This document shows positions 1 through 9,622 of a DNA stretch of 64,000 bases, piece by piece. Source of the stretch: a virus (lineage: Duplodnaviria > Caudoviricetes); the IMG/VR virus record IMGVR_UViG_2061766007_000330; one strand, 5' to 3'. The notes under the pieces were generated by a model. It ran no database searches. It was not told the origin of the DNA and worked only from the letters and a program-made list of their open reading frames with translations. Position 1 is the stretch's first letter. Every line of letters starts with the position of its first letter. A program made the translations under genes and the position numbers.

Positions 1-355
1 CACCCTTGCAACCACACCACATGACAGCGGCAATACTGGCACAGAGACCATAGGTCACCGTGTAGATTTCAGCTTGACAATTGTGCATAGCATGCAGCAC
101 CATGATTCCCGTATCGACGAATCCGCCACAGGAATAGAACAAAAGCTTGATGGTGTCTTCTTTTTTTGCGGAATACAAAACGTCGAACAATTCGACGTAG
201 TTGTCGGGAGCGTCGACAAATTCATCAAAGATGCAAACGTATGTTTTACCACCGTTTGGCTTTGGATAGCAGGATACGATGCCTCTGGCTCCAGCAGGAC
301 GCTGCGGCATGGAGGCAATTACTTTTGGTTTTTCAGTTTTATTTTCTTCAGCCAT
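1..355 (-). CDS. ClpP-like serine protease (partial, runs off the left edge; missing from the ORF track)
   Basis: Manual translation from ATG at 355: MAEENKTEKPK...TIKLLFYSCGGFVDTGIMVLHAMHNCQAEIYTVTYGLCASIAAVMWCG. This matches the ClpP pattern (S-x-GG oxyanion region, G-x-C-A-S nucleophile elbow). No stop before base 1. Confidence 0.8.
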   Translation of the reverse strand, partial: MAEENKTEKPKVIASMPQRPAGARGIVSCYPKPNGGKTYVCIFDEFVDAPDNYVELFDVLYSAKKEDTIKLLFYSCGGFVDTGIMVLHAMHNCQAEIYTVTYGLCASIAAVMWCGCKG

Positions 356-429
356 AGTTTTTACTCAATTTTATAGGCTATGTGTTAAAGTTAAATTGGT
401 ATAAAATGATTAATAGAGGAGATTTTAAC

Positions 430-1257
430 ATGAAAAAACTGCTGTTTTTGTGCTTGTGTCTGACCCTTTCCGTTCTTGCTGAATATCAGGTGTTCAATTT
501 CTCGACAACGATTAAACACGTTGAACCGGTCTATACAACCGGTGGAACAAAAATTGTATCGTCGACGCTTAAAGGCTATCTCGTCAGTGTCTGTTGTTAT
601 CCGTGCGGTGCCAGTTTTGGAAAAGGCTATCCGACGTGGTTGTATGTAATCAGGAGAAACGACCCTGAGAAAATCCTGTGGAAGATTCCTGTCAAGGTTG
701 ACGGCGGATTATTTGGTTATTACCTCAATCCTCTTAGATTGGAAGATATTTGGTATGATTATCACTACAGCAATGAACTGAAGAAATACACAAAGAAAGG
801 GAACAAATCTTGGGTCAGGTTGGAATATACGTCGACAAACGCCGTAGAGGTGACGTTGACGAGCAAGAAAATAACCAAGACCTCGAGGACTGTTCAATAC
901 GGACCACTCGGCAACGGATGTGGGACATTAATTGTACAGTGTTCCGGTTTCGGTTCTGGCAATGTCAAAACCAACACAAGAATTTATGAATGGGTGAATC
1001 CATATCTGGCAAGTGTCTCTGGAAGCGTCACGGGGACGTCGGTTTATCCTGAGTTCTCATTCGATCCGTCGAATTTGAGAGCGTATGACATTGCTCCAAT
1101 TACAGGCTCGTTTACAATACGATTCAACAATTCGATGACCGAGGAAATTCGAGGCACTGCTGACTGGTCGGTTATCGACAGAAGAATCTACAGACATTTA
1201 AAATACAAATCAATTGTTGAACAAGAAGGCGATGATTCGCTTTGGCTCGAGGATTAA
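430..1257 (+). CDS. Secreted/exported protein with Sec signal peptide, function unknown
   Basis: ATG at 430 preceded by AGAGGAG; MKKLLFLCLCLTLSVLA-E signal peptide; CCYPCG motif; beta-rich composition. Confidence 0.7.
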   Translation: MKKLLFLCLCLTLSVLAEYQVFNFSTTIKHVEPVYTTGGTKIVSSTLKGYLVSVCCYPCGASFGKGYPTWLYVIRRNDPEKILWKIPVKVDGGLFGYYLNPLRLEDIWYDYHYSNELKKYTKKGNKSWVRLEYTSTNAVEVTLTSKKITKTSRTVQYGPLGNGCGTLIVQCSGFGSGNVKTNTRIYEWVNPYLASVSGSVTGTSVYPEFSFDPSNLRAYDIAPITGSFTIRFNNSMTEEIRGTADWSVIDRRIYRHLKYKSIVEQEGDDSLWLED

Positions 1258-1261
1258 GAAC

Positions 1262-2050
1262 ATGGAATCTGATATACAGCAAGGGTTGAACCTGATTTCT
1301 CAATATCAAGAAAAACAGCAAGCATCGACAGAGACAATGCTTCAAGATTTCCTGAGGTGGGGTCCGTTTGGCGTTCTTGCGAACGTCTATCTGACGAGCA
1401 TTTCCAGAATTAAACGAGTGACGTTTCCTATACAGAAAGCAAAAGAGGCTGACTTTTCTTCTTCGCAGTTGGCAACAAACTGGTCTATCTATCTTCCAAA
1501 GCCAGACGAATTCGATAGACTGGTAAAAGCGTTGGAATCGTTGCGACAATCGATTATAAAAGTTACAAAAGACAAGTCGATGAAACCAGATGATGTTGTT
1601 GATAAGTTAAACAGATTAGGAATCGACTGCAAATATAACGGAAGCGTTAAATCGATGATAACCACCGATTGGGGGTGTGTGGCAGGCAGTTGGGCACTTA
1701 GTATGATCTGGTCGTTGTGTTTATTGTTCTGCCCCGCTGGGAGTATAATTGGGTCAATATTCGGTACTTATTACGGAGGTGCCATTGGATCTAAAAATGT
1801 TCAAGGTAAAGGTCTACTTCAAAACGGATGGACAGCTAAAAAGATAATCGAAGCTAGTAAAGTTGTTTATCAGACGATGTTGAACATTGAGGCACTTGAA
1901 AACGTTAAACCCTTGGATGAATCTAGAAAACTTAACGACTACGAATTCCGTGTTAAATTCATAAAGAAAGCGACAGAGGTTTACACGGAAACAGCGTGCT
2001 CTCTTGGCAGAGGTCTTTGCGCAGCAATCAATTTAGCCTACACAAAATAA
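1262..2050 (+). CDS. Putative virion head/ejection protein with hydrophobic Gly-rich hairpin
   Basis: Likely start MESDIQ at 1262 (GAGGA upstream); early A-S-T-E candidate prohead-protease site; hydrophobic segment WALSMIWSLCLLFCPAGSIIGSIFGTYYGGAIG. Confidence 0.5.
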   Translation: MESDIQQGLNLISQYQEKQQASTETMLQDFLRWGPFGVLANVYLTSISRIKRVTFPIQKAKEADFSSSQLATNWSIYLPKPDEFDRLVKALESLRQSIIKVTKDKSMKPDDVVDKLNRLGIDCKYNGSVKSMITTDWGCVAGSWALSMIWSLCLLFCPAGSIIGSIFGTYYGGAIGSKNVQGKGLLQNGWTAKKIIEASKVVYQTMLNIEALENVKPLDESRKLNDYEFRVKFIKKATEVYTETACSLGRGLCAAINLAYTK

Positions 2051-2059
2051 AAAATAATA

Positions 2060-2091
2060 ATCACTGGAGCAGACGTATCTGCTCCAGTGAT
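2060..2091. terminator. Perfect hairpin between convergent genes
   Basis: ATCACTGGAGCAGA-cgta-TCTGCTCCAGTGAT, 14-bp stem. Confidence 0.8.
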
Positions 2092-2109
2092 AATAAGTTA
2101 TAAATTGTA

Positions 2110-3647
2110 TTAATCTCTATTTCGGTCTTTTAATTTGTTATATATGGCGTTTGATAGTCTCCACGCGGACATACCTCTAAGGTTCGGTATACCGTGTGCG
2201 ATAAATGTGTTCATAACGTTGACATTTACAAAATACGACTTTAGTGTCCCAACCTGCATTTGTGTCGTATTCTTGATGGTTGTGAGAGTGTCACTAGTCA
2301 ACAGCGAAAATGGAGAATTGCTATCGTCCAGTTCTCGTTTTAATTTTTCACCATGTTCTATTGCGGTATGTAACGATTTTGCAGTCTTTGATTTAATTGT
2401 AGTCAAGTGCTCTTCGTAATTTTCACCTTCTTTGTACGGAAGACTGTAAATATTAGCACTGAGAATATCATCCCAATCAAATCTTGAATTGTTTGAATTG
2501 CCGCGTCTTGCGTAGTCCGACACACCCTTTTTGATCATTTTTATAATAGATTCCGTTGCTAAAGACGAGGATGGCAGGTTTAAAGAAATGTTAAATCCAT
2601 TAGTGTTATAGTTCTTTTTTATAGCGTTTAAATATTGTTTTGTATTTTGGATGATGTTGTTACAGTTGACAGTTACTTTGTTTTCAATAGCATTGATTTT
2701 TCCTGTCTCTTGTTTCTATCCGTTTCATTAAATAAATCGAAATATGTAGCAAACAGTGCATCACATGCTGAGATATATGTAGATGCGGCTTGTTGTATTT
2801 CTGAAAATCTCTTTATGTGGTTGCTAATTTGATTTTTCAATGCAGTTTGACCATTTTGCGTTAATGGGTTTTTCACATATTGTGCAAATTCCCATTGAAG
2901 CATTCCTTTTACAAATGTTGCCAAGACGCTTGTTGGATGTGTTTCGTAGTTTGTAGATTCATCACGCAATATGGCTAACACATCAGAAACATCATTCGAC
3001 GATAACTTAGTTTCTAATGTTCCAAAGTCGTTAAAATATTGTTTAATAGTATCGTATTTATTACTAGCGACTACAGTTCTAAAGTTTGTTGATAATTGCT
3101 CCCAAGATCCGCTTCCCGTATTAAGACTGGATGTGTCGAAATCTAAAGCGAACGTTATGAACCATATTAACTTATCTGCTAAATTATCCAAAAAATCAGA
3201 AATACAAGTTTGACATTCATTTCTTAAAAACGTTTCTGCTTTTGACTCGTCGAACGATGGATCTGGTTTTATCACGTTATACAGTATTTTAAAACTTGAG
3301 GATATGATTCCCCCACCACCGCCTCCGCCACCAGAAGAAGACAAAGCTGCAAAAATCGACACCAATATCATCAAAACAGCTCCGATGATCCATATGACAA
3401 CAGCGGCGGCAACTTCGCACGAATATGAGACATTTGGTGTTTTTAAGTTTAATTTATAACAGAGGTCTTCGAACTCTGGCATAATGTATTTGGCATAAGT
3501 TCTCGTTGTAAACTGTCTTCTGTTGAATGATTCAACAGAAGAACAAATACCAGGTCGTCCAAATCCCTCGACGTCTGAAATCGCCATCAGTTTGTCGAAC
3601 AACCCAAAGGCTCGTTGTGCTAAAATAAAACTTTCTTGACTATTCAT
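2110..3647 (-). CDS. Putative head protein (propeptide, S-x-E site, TM helix, poly-Gly); probably one gene split by a -1 frameshift near 2697-2701
   Basis: ORF 2673..3647 contains YSCE|VAAAVVIWIIGAVLMILVSIFAALSSSGGGGGGGG. The frame of ORF 2110..2538 stays open upstream to the GGAAAAATC run (…EKINAIENKVTVNCNNIIQNTKQYLNAIKKNYNTNGFNISLNLPSSSLATESIIKM), so one extra A fuses them. Paralog of 5507..7252. Confidence 0.6.
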
Positions 3648-3676
3648 GATCTTGATTAAACTTGTTAATTGGTTTA

Positions 3677-4648
3677 TTACAAAGTGTTGACAACAACGTT
3701 GTATCCGTTATCCACCAATTTTTTACGCAATTGCTTGAATATCGTTTTAGACAACGCTGTGGAATCTGGGTCTGTTGTTTGTTTGTGATAGGTCAAAGAC
3801 GGGTAGTCTTTATAGGGTATCAATTCAATTGATCCAGAATTTATACCATATTCTTTTAGTCTTTCAGGAACTTCGAGAGACGACGATTCGTTTTGTGGCA
3901 TAAGCACGTAATTGATCGTACCTAACAAACCCAAGTCATAGGCGTGCTTTATGTTTTGTATCGTCGTTTCAAAATGTCCGCCGCGCCTAATAGATTCATA
4001 GGTGTTTTTGTCAAATCCGTCGATTGATGCACCGATTTTGATAGATTTGTCACAAAGAGTCAGATGCGTAAAAATGTCGTCTTGAATTTCAGGTAATAAC
4101 CGTGTGTAGTTTGATAACGCATAGATGTTTTTGACATAATCGGATTCAGTCAACTCCATCAACCATTTATAGGAATACCCGTTTTTGAAGTCCATAAACG
4201 GTTCTCCTTTCGTGGTCAGCCGAATGCTCCTAACAATGTTCTTAAAATAGTTCATGCATTCTAACTGCACTCGTTTTCGAAGATCTTTAAGTTCGTTATG
4301 TTCATTCGATGGAATGTAACAATGAACGCATCGCAAATTACAGTCGCCATCAACAGAAATATTTACATTGTTTATTTTTGTGAACGGTTCTTCTGTATAT
4401 CGCATAGATGTGCAACGACACGTTTTTGCTAATTCAATTAACGACATATTTTCAAATAAGGCGTTAAGATAACCAGAAACGTCTCTTGAAAATTCATTAA
4501 TATCCTCTGGGATATATGAACTGATTGTGTTCCTGATCCTTTCCGCATTCTCTGGTAGTTTTGCTAGACAGCAGTCGAACCACAGTTTCAGTTTCTCATG
4601 TTCGTAGATGATCGACAGCCTTCGTGTTTTTGAACAATAAATTTGCAT
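3677..4648 (-). CDS. Radical SAM protein
   Basis: CNLRCVHC (CxxxCxxC), KGEPF (GGEP-like), SIDG...YESIR.GG.F motifs. Confidence 0.9.
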   Translation of the reverse strand: MQIYCSKTRRLSIIYEHEKLKLWFDCCLAKLPENAERIRNTISSYIPEDINEFSRDVSGYLNALFENMSLIELAKTCRCTSMRYTEEPFTKINNVNISVDGDCNLRCVHCYIPSNEHNELKDLRKRVQLECMNYFKNIVRSIRLTTKGEPFMDFKNGYSYKWLMELTESDYVKNIYALSNYTRLLPEIQDDIFTHLTLCDKSIKIGASIDGFDKNTYESIRRGGHFETTIQNIKHAYDLGLLGTINYVLMPQNESSSLEVPERLKEYGINSGSIELIPYKDYPSLTYHKQTTDPDSTALSKTIFKQLRKKLVDNGYNVVVNTL

Positions 4649-4666
4649 GTGTGTTTGTTGAATAAA

Positions 4667-4697
4667 CTCTCTGCAGGTCGCTTAAACCTGCAGAGAG
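4667..4697. terminator. Intergenic hairpin
   Basis: CTCTCTGCAGGT-cgcttaa-ACCTGCAGAGAG. Confidence 0.7.
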
Positions 4698-4709
4698 GCA
4701 GTTTAATTG

Positions 4710-5501
4710 TTATTTGAACAGACTATGGAAAATGTCATGAGCATGACCACGGGCGTCTCTCAGAACTTTACCACCCTCGTCAACATACCCATGAATTTTA
4801 CCGCAGATTTCGACATTGTCAACGCCGAGAATATCCAACAGTTCGTTGTCGTTTAGTGATTCTTGACCAATGATTTCTGTAATCTCAGAGACATGCTGTT
4901 CTGGATGTTCGATTGGAACAGAATAACCTTCACATGCTGGATCATAAACCTTGGAAGCTTCTGCATATCCTGGGCAGTCGACGGCATCAATGGTGATTAG
5001 TGCTGTGACCTTCTGTTTGATAACGAATCCATCTTCACCTGTCTTTGCGACCAGTGAACGTAATGAGAATGCAGGATTCAGAACAGGAGATTCGAGCGCT
5101 TCTTTGAGATACGTACCACATGGTCCAAACGGTTTGACATCCCCGTAGACAATCGTGTGACCTTTTTCGGTCGTTTTACCAGTGTAAACACGAAGAATCG
5201 TGTGACTAACTCGGGTACGGTCGATGGTCATGATGCGTGCCATTTCCTCGTCTTTGAAAATCAGAGGATGACACCATTCGCCTTCCAATTGACCAGCTTT
5301 GAGCTTCTTGCAAAACGTAGACGATGGAGAAGACAATGCTTCAACCATTGATTCAACTTCGTAGTCTTTCCCATTGCGGGAAACTTTTCCGATGACAAGT
5401 AGCGGAAGATCTTTGAAGATTCCGTTGCTGTCGGCTTTAAGTGCCTTCCCCTTTCCTTTCGTGGTGGTGATGGCACTGATATCAAAAGAAATATTTGACA
5501 T
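4710..5501 (-). CDS. Prohead (head maturation) protease, phiKZ gp175 / T4 gp21-like
   Basis: SRNGKDY, LEGEWCHP (His), IDRTRVSH, VKPFGP, AFSLRS (Ser), TIDAVDCPG (Asp). C-terminal ACE|G and GQE|S are candidate self-cleavage sites. Confidence 0.9.
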   Translation of the reverse strand: MSNISFDISAITTTKGKGKALKADSNGIFKDLPLLVIGKVSRNGKDYEVESMVEALSSPSSTFCKKLKAGQLEGEWCHPLIFKDEEMARIMTIDRTRVSHTILRVYTGKTTEKGHTIVYGDVKPFGPCGTYLKEALESPVLNPAFSLRSLVAKTGEDGFVIKQKVTALITIDAVDCPGYAEASKVYDPACEGYSVPIEHPEQHVSEITEIIGQESLNDNELLDILGVDNVEICGKIHGYVDEGGKVLRDARGHAHDIFHSLFK

Positions 5502-5506
5502 AATAA

Positions 5507-7252
5507 TCAGCTCTCCAAGTAAATTCTTGTTGCTTCCATTAGATTTTGAATATAGGTTTTTCTTGTTTGGTTTATTTTAACAAGTACCTTTATGCATTCA
5601 ATCTGTTTTAGCTCATGTAACGTTTGCTTGATACTAGATTTGATAGCCTTTTGCTCATCTGGATTTAGCTTGTTTATTTTATCGATGATTGATCTGTCTT
5701 CTGAAAACGCTTTAAGCTTATCATGCTGTGCCTGTCCAAACGTTCCAAACGCTTTAATCTCACCGTCTATAAATTCGGTTAACCTGTTCAGTTTGCTCAA
5801 TCCTAAACAGACAGGTTCAATGTTAACTTCGGTTCCACTGTGGCTTGATTTATACTCTGAAAGTTTTTTGATGATTTTGTCGTATTGGATTTGAACGGGT
5901 GTTATTCTCAAACCACTAATACAATCGATAATGGATTGGTAAAAAACCAAATCCCTACTGTTATCAATATCAAGTCTATACAAAGTTTGTGGTCCATCTG
6001 GAGTGTTTATTACTGGATTATCATATCTTACCTTTTCGCGTATGGAGATTGCGTTTTTGACCAATTTTTCATATCTTTCGAAAATGATAGTATCTAAGAG
6101 TTTATTCTGTACTCCATATAGAAGAGCAGAACCTGCGTCGACACCGAAATAAAATTCTGTTGTTATTGCATTGTTCTTAAATTTTAATATCTTTGCTAAA
6201 TGTTCACCATAGTTATCAAACTGATGGTGTTCTTTTCCATCGATATTGTGGCTCTCATTAAACACTTGCTTAACATCGCTTAATTCACGTCTTTGGCTGT
6301 TATGCACATCAGTTGGCATCGAGAAGATGTCGTCTTTGTCGTATTCTAGATATCTTCTGTCTATATCAAAAAATTTGTTATAAAGCAGTATGAGATTGAT
6401 TTGTGTTTCCTTTCGATATTGTAGATATATTTCCACAGTCTTCAAAACTGGAAATATATCTCTTAGCATACGTTGTTTCACATCACCACGAGCTCGACAT
6501 ATTTGGTCGACCTTCGATGTTAATGCACGCATAACATCACTTGTTTCATGCTGGAAACCCTTTTTCGAACTGTTAGCCAATTCGTTTAACTTTTCAAGTT
6601 TGTTTCTTACTTTTTCTTCATAGTCATATGTTGAATCTAGTGTTTTAAATTTATCAGGAGGAATATTTTCATCTAAAGACCGTAAATAGTTTAATATTAC
6701 TTGGTCTATTTCTTGGTCGTTCGGTAAATCTTCGAATTCATTAACTAGTCCTATACGTGCAAATTCCTGAGCGGTAGTTAACTCCCATTCCGCATCGTCA
6801 TCGAGTTTCTGCTTCAAGTCATTAATGAGATTTTTAGTATCGTCGGAACATTCATTGATGTTGCCAACAGTATCATCTATTCTTTTGCTTGGAGACTTTT
6901 TTATAGTAGCAGTACTACTACCACCACCTCCTCCACCTCCAGAGCTCTTCATGCATAGTAAAATAATAGCAACAATAATAGCAACAATAGCACCGATTGC
7001 CCACAAAACAATGGCGCCAAATGCCTCGGACGAATATCTTAGCTGTTTAGGGATTATTTTTTCCCCAAGCAAACCTTCTATTGTTTCGAATTCTGGGATA
7101 ATATAATTGGCGATAACTTTTGTATCGTAACAATACGTTTCAAACGATGTTTTGTTCTGCTTATCTTTTAAGTCCAAGAAAAACAAACAAGTTTCAGAGA
7201 GTTTTATAGCTCTATTCAGAGCTTGATAGTAATTTAATTGATTCTCGTCCAT
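5507..7252 (-). CDS. Putative head protein (propeptide, S-x-E site, TM helix, poly-Gly)
   Basis: YSSE|AFGAIVLWAIGAIVAIIVAIILLCMKSSGGGGGGG; N-terminal YIIPEFE matches YIMPEFE of the 3647 paralog; directly upstream of the protease gene. Confidence 0.65.
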   Translation of the reverse strand: MDENQLNYYQALNRAIKLSETCLFFLDLKDKQNKTSFETYCYDTKVIANYIIPEFETIEGLLGEKIIPKQLRYSSEAFGAIVLWAIGAIVAIIVAIILLCMKSSGGGGGGGSSTATIKKSPSKRIDDTVGNINECSDDTKNLINDLKQKLDDDAEWELTTAQEFARIGLVNEFEDLPNDQEIDQVILNYLRSLDENIPPDKFKTLDSTYDYEEKVRNKLEKLNELANSSKKGFQHETSDVMRALTSKVDQICRARGDVKQRMLRDIFPVLKTVEIYLQYRKETQINLILLYNKFFDIDRRYLEYDKDDIFSMPTDVHNSQRRELSDVKQVFNESHNIDGKEHHQFDNYGEHLAKILKFKNNAITTEFYFGVDAGSALLYGVQNKLLDTIIFERYEKLVKNAISIREKVRYDNPVINTPDGPQTLYRLDIDNSRDLVFYQSIIDCISGLRITPVQIQYDKIIKKLSEYKSSHSGTEVNIEPVCLGLSKLNRLTEFIDGEIKAFGTFGQAQHDKLKAFSEDRSIIDKINKLNPDEQKAIKSSIKQTLHELKQIECIKVLVKINQTRKTYIQNLMEATRIYLES

Positions 7253-7355
7253 ATTACTTACGTGTTTTAACAGGTATATTTAGGTATAAGATTTCTTTTA
7301 TAGGTTTAAAGTATCCTATGTTAAATTGAATCAATACATTAACGGAGATTTATAA

Positions 7356-8687
7356 ATGGCATGGAATTATACGAAGTGGTATCGCGCTACAAAACGCGAG
7401 CAAATAAACAACGCTAAACGCGAGGCTCGTGATAAACAGCGTCCGTTGTTAATAGCGTGGTCTAAGTTATCAGGTTGTATCAATTGCACGATGTTTCGAC
7501 GCTATGTTTCGTGTGACGGGCATTTAGGACACGTACCAGAACAGTGTAAAGTACAGGCATTAGGTCACCCGATTTGCAGCTATGCTGATTCAAACAAAAT
7601 TGTCATGCTTGAAGTAGAGATTTCATCTTGTGTGACATATGGCGGATCGTTTAAAAAATATTACAACGGATATGGCAGTGGCAGACAAGGCATTCTTTGG
7701 AACGCTTTTCCTACAATATTCATGGTACATGTAAAAGAAGACGCAGATTGCGATACAAAAGACAACTATACTCTTGTCAGAGACACCGAAATGATTTTTT
7801 GCACACAAGGTATTGGAGGAAATCCGGTATACGGAAGTCTCGGACAAGTGTCTAGCTTGAAATGTCCTAGATTGGACATGGATGCATTTACTGGTTTCAC
7901 GAATATGGTATCTGCTGTTTTTTCTGGAGAGTATCCTGAGTTTAATACGTATGGAATGAAGATAGGCCAAGCAACGCCAGACATTTCTACGTTAATAGGA
8001 TCTGAACGCAGGTTAACTTTCAAAGAAAAACGAATCCAATGTTTGTTGAGTGACGAGACAGTTAGCATCCCGATTAGTCAGATTCATCAATCGTCGAACT
8101 ACGAAGGGGGCAAAGCGGTTCAATTTACATTTGACGTGTCGATTGAACATTCGGAAATTCCAAATGTGCATTTTGGCGAATCCGTATCACAGAAGTCAAT
8201 TACAGTATCGGCTTCAACCGATGAAACCACACATTCTGTCGTTTTGAAACTGCCACTGGAATCGTCTATTCCCGACGATTGGGACACATCAAAAGAAGTT
8301 ATCCTGAAGCTCAAAAACACATCGTTGAATTTTGTCGAAACAGATAAAACAACGTTAAGCTTGAATGTCTACAAACATCCTTTAAAACCGATATTTACTA
8401 CAGACACGAGCGAATCTGTTAGTATCTCGAATGAGACGACATTGTTTGATGTTATCATGCCAAACAATAGCGTGGAATTGTTGTGGGGTTGTGTCACAGG
8501 TAGTGTTCCAAGTCACATAACCATAGACACCAGCTATACTGATACAACCGGCAAATTAATAATAACATCATCAAACACGACTAAAGACTTTAATATATTT
8601 GGCATAAAGATTTACGCTAGGCTTGGAGACACAAATAACATTGTAGAAGGTGACACTATCAAATTAAGAGCACCAACAGGATTATAA
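7356..8687 (+). CDS. Hypothetical protein (Cys-containing N-half, beta-rich Ser/Thr-rich C-half)
   Basis: 443-aa ORF with GGAGA RBS; no recognisable motif. Confidence 0.6.
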   Translation: MAWNYTKWYRATKREQINNAKREARDKQRPLLIAWSKLSGCINCTMFRRYVSCDGHLGHVPEQCKVQALGHPICSYADSNKIVMLEVEISSCVTYGGSFKKYYNGYGSGRQGILWNAFPTIFMVHVKEDADCDTKDNYTLVRDTEMIFCTQGIGGNPVYGSLGQVSSLKCPRLDMDAFTGFTNMVSAVFSGEYPEFNTYGMKIGQATPDISTLIGSERRLTFKEKRIQCLLSDETVSIPISQIHQSSNYEGGKAVQFTFDVSIEHSEIPNVHFGESVSQKSITVSASTDETTHSVVLKLPLESSIPDDWDTSKEVILKLKNTSLNFVETDKTTLSLNVYKHPLKPIFTTDTSESVSISNETTLFDVIMPNNSVELLWGCVTGSVPSHITIDTSYTDTTGKLIITSSNTTKDFNIFGIKIYARLGDTNNIVEGDTIKLRAPTGL

Positions 8688-8696
8688 AGTCATACG

Positions 8697-8725
8697 GACT
8701 GGAGTAGGCATGACCTACTCCAGTC
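8697..8725. terminator. Perfect hairpin between convergent genes
   Basis: GACTGGAGTAGG-catga-CCTACTCCAGTC. Confidence 0.8.
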
Positions 8726-8734
8726 GTTTAAATA

Positions 8735-8932
8735 TTATTTCGGCAACTGACGAACAATAGACATCAACCAGCGGTATTCTCCAATGATCATTGAATGAGA
8801 TGCTTCTTTACCATACTCCTTTTCAAGAGTATGCCGTAGCGTTATCAGATTCTTGAGCTTTAATTGAACGTTTAATTCTTTCAGTTCTTTTGCGATATCT
8901 TCGAGATGTTTTTTGTCTTCCGGCATAATCAA
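8735..8932 (-). CDS. Small hypothetical protein
   Basis: ATGA overlap with the upstream stop; helical 65-aa ORF ending just before the hairpin. Confidence 0.6.
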   Translation of the reverse strand: MIMPEDKKHLEDIAKELKELNVQLKLKNLITLRHTLEKEYGKEASHSMIIGEYRWLMSIVRQLPK

Positions 8933-9618
8933 CCTCTCAAGATATCTTCAACATACGAGTTTTGATCATTCTCATTAACCAGTGATGTGTTGATGGAATC
9001 TTGAAAATATCCACCAATGGCTTTGGCTGTAAACGATTGAGCCGTGTGTGGAATGTCTGTAAGCTTCAGCCACAACGGACGGTGTTTCATATCGGAGAGA
9101 CGATAAGGAACTCGGTAGTCTCCAGGTTTTTTCGCCATATGAGAAAAGATGGCTTCGTAGACAACATGTTTTGCAGGAATTTTGGATCCAGTGACTTCTT
9201 TAATGGTATCAAAGATAAACGCACAGTTGTCATAGGAAAGAAACTCAGGAATGAAACCAGATTCCAAATATTCCGTAAAGATGATGTAAGCAATGTATTC
9301 GTTTCTGACGACTTGCTTGTTTTTGATAAACGTGTCACCTTTATTGAAGATACACCGCAGATAATCTGCGCCATTGACCGTCACATAATCAGAACGGGTA
9401 GGGCATAGATCTAGTACGGCTGGTATGAACAGTCCGTGGTCCTGTGTCTCGTTGACGTTGATTTCAAAGATTCCTAATGCACGAACAGTATCGCCAACAG
9501 AAATCATGGCGTATTTTTCATACCGTCGTGGAATGTGTACAACTAATGTATTTCCTGTAAACGTGACACTGTCGTCGTCGTTATATTTAAGATAATCGTT
9601 AAAGTTAAAACCTGCCAT
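8929..9618 (-). CDS. Conserved phiKZ-like protein, probably structural
   Basis: HIPRRYE...ALGIF pattern recalled from phiKZ/AR9-group conserved proteins; GAGGAG RBS; in the structural operon. Confidence 0.5.
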   Translation of the reverse strand: MAGFNFNDYLKYNDDDSVTFTGNTLVVHIPRRYEKYAMISVGDTVRALGIFEINVNETQDHGLFIPAVLDLCPTRSDYVTVNGADYLRCIFNKGDTFIKNKQVVRNEYIAYIIFTEYLESGFIPEFLSYDNCAFIFDTIKEVTGSKIPAKHVVYEAIFSHMAKKPGDYRVPYRLSDMKHRPLWLKLTDIPHTAQSFTAKAIGGYFQDSINTSLVNENDQNSYVEDILRG

Positions 9619-9622
9619 TTAA

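Noticed and set aside
55-376. ORFs 74..376 (+), 55..318 (-) and 166..357 (+)
   Set aside because: Shadows of the ClpP-like gene on the minus strand starting at 355.
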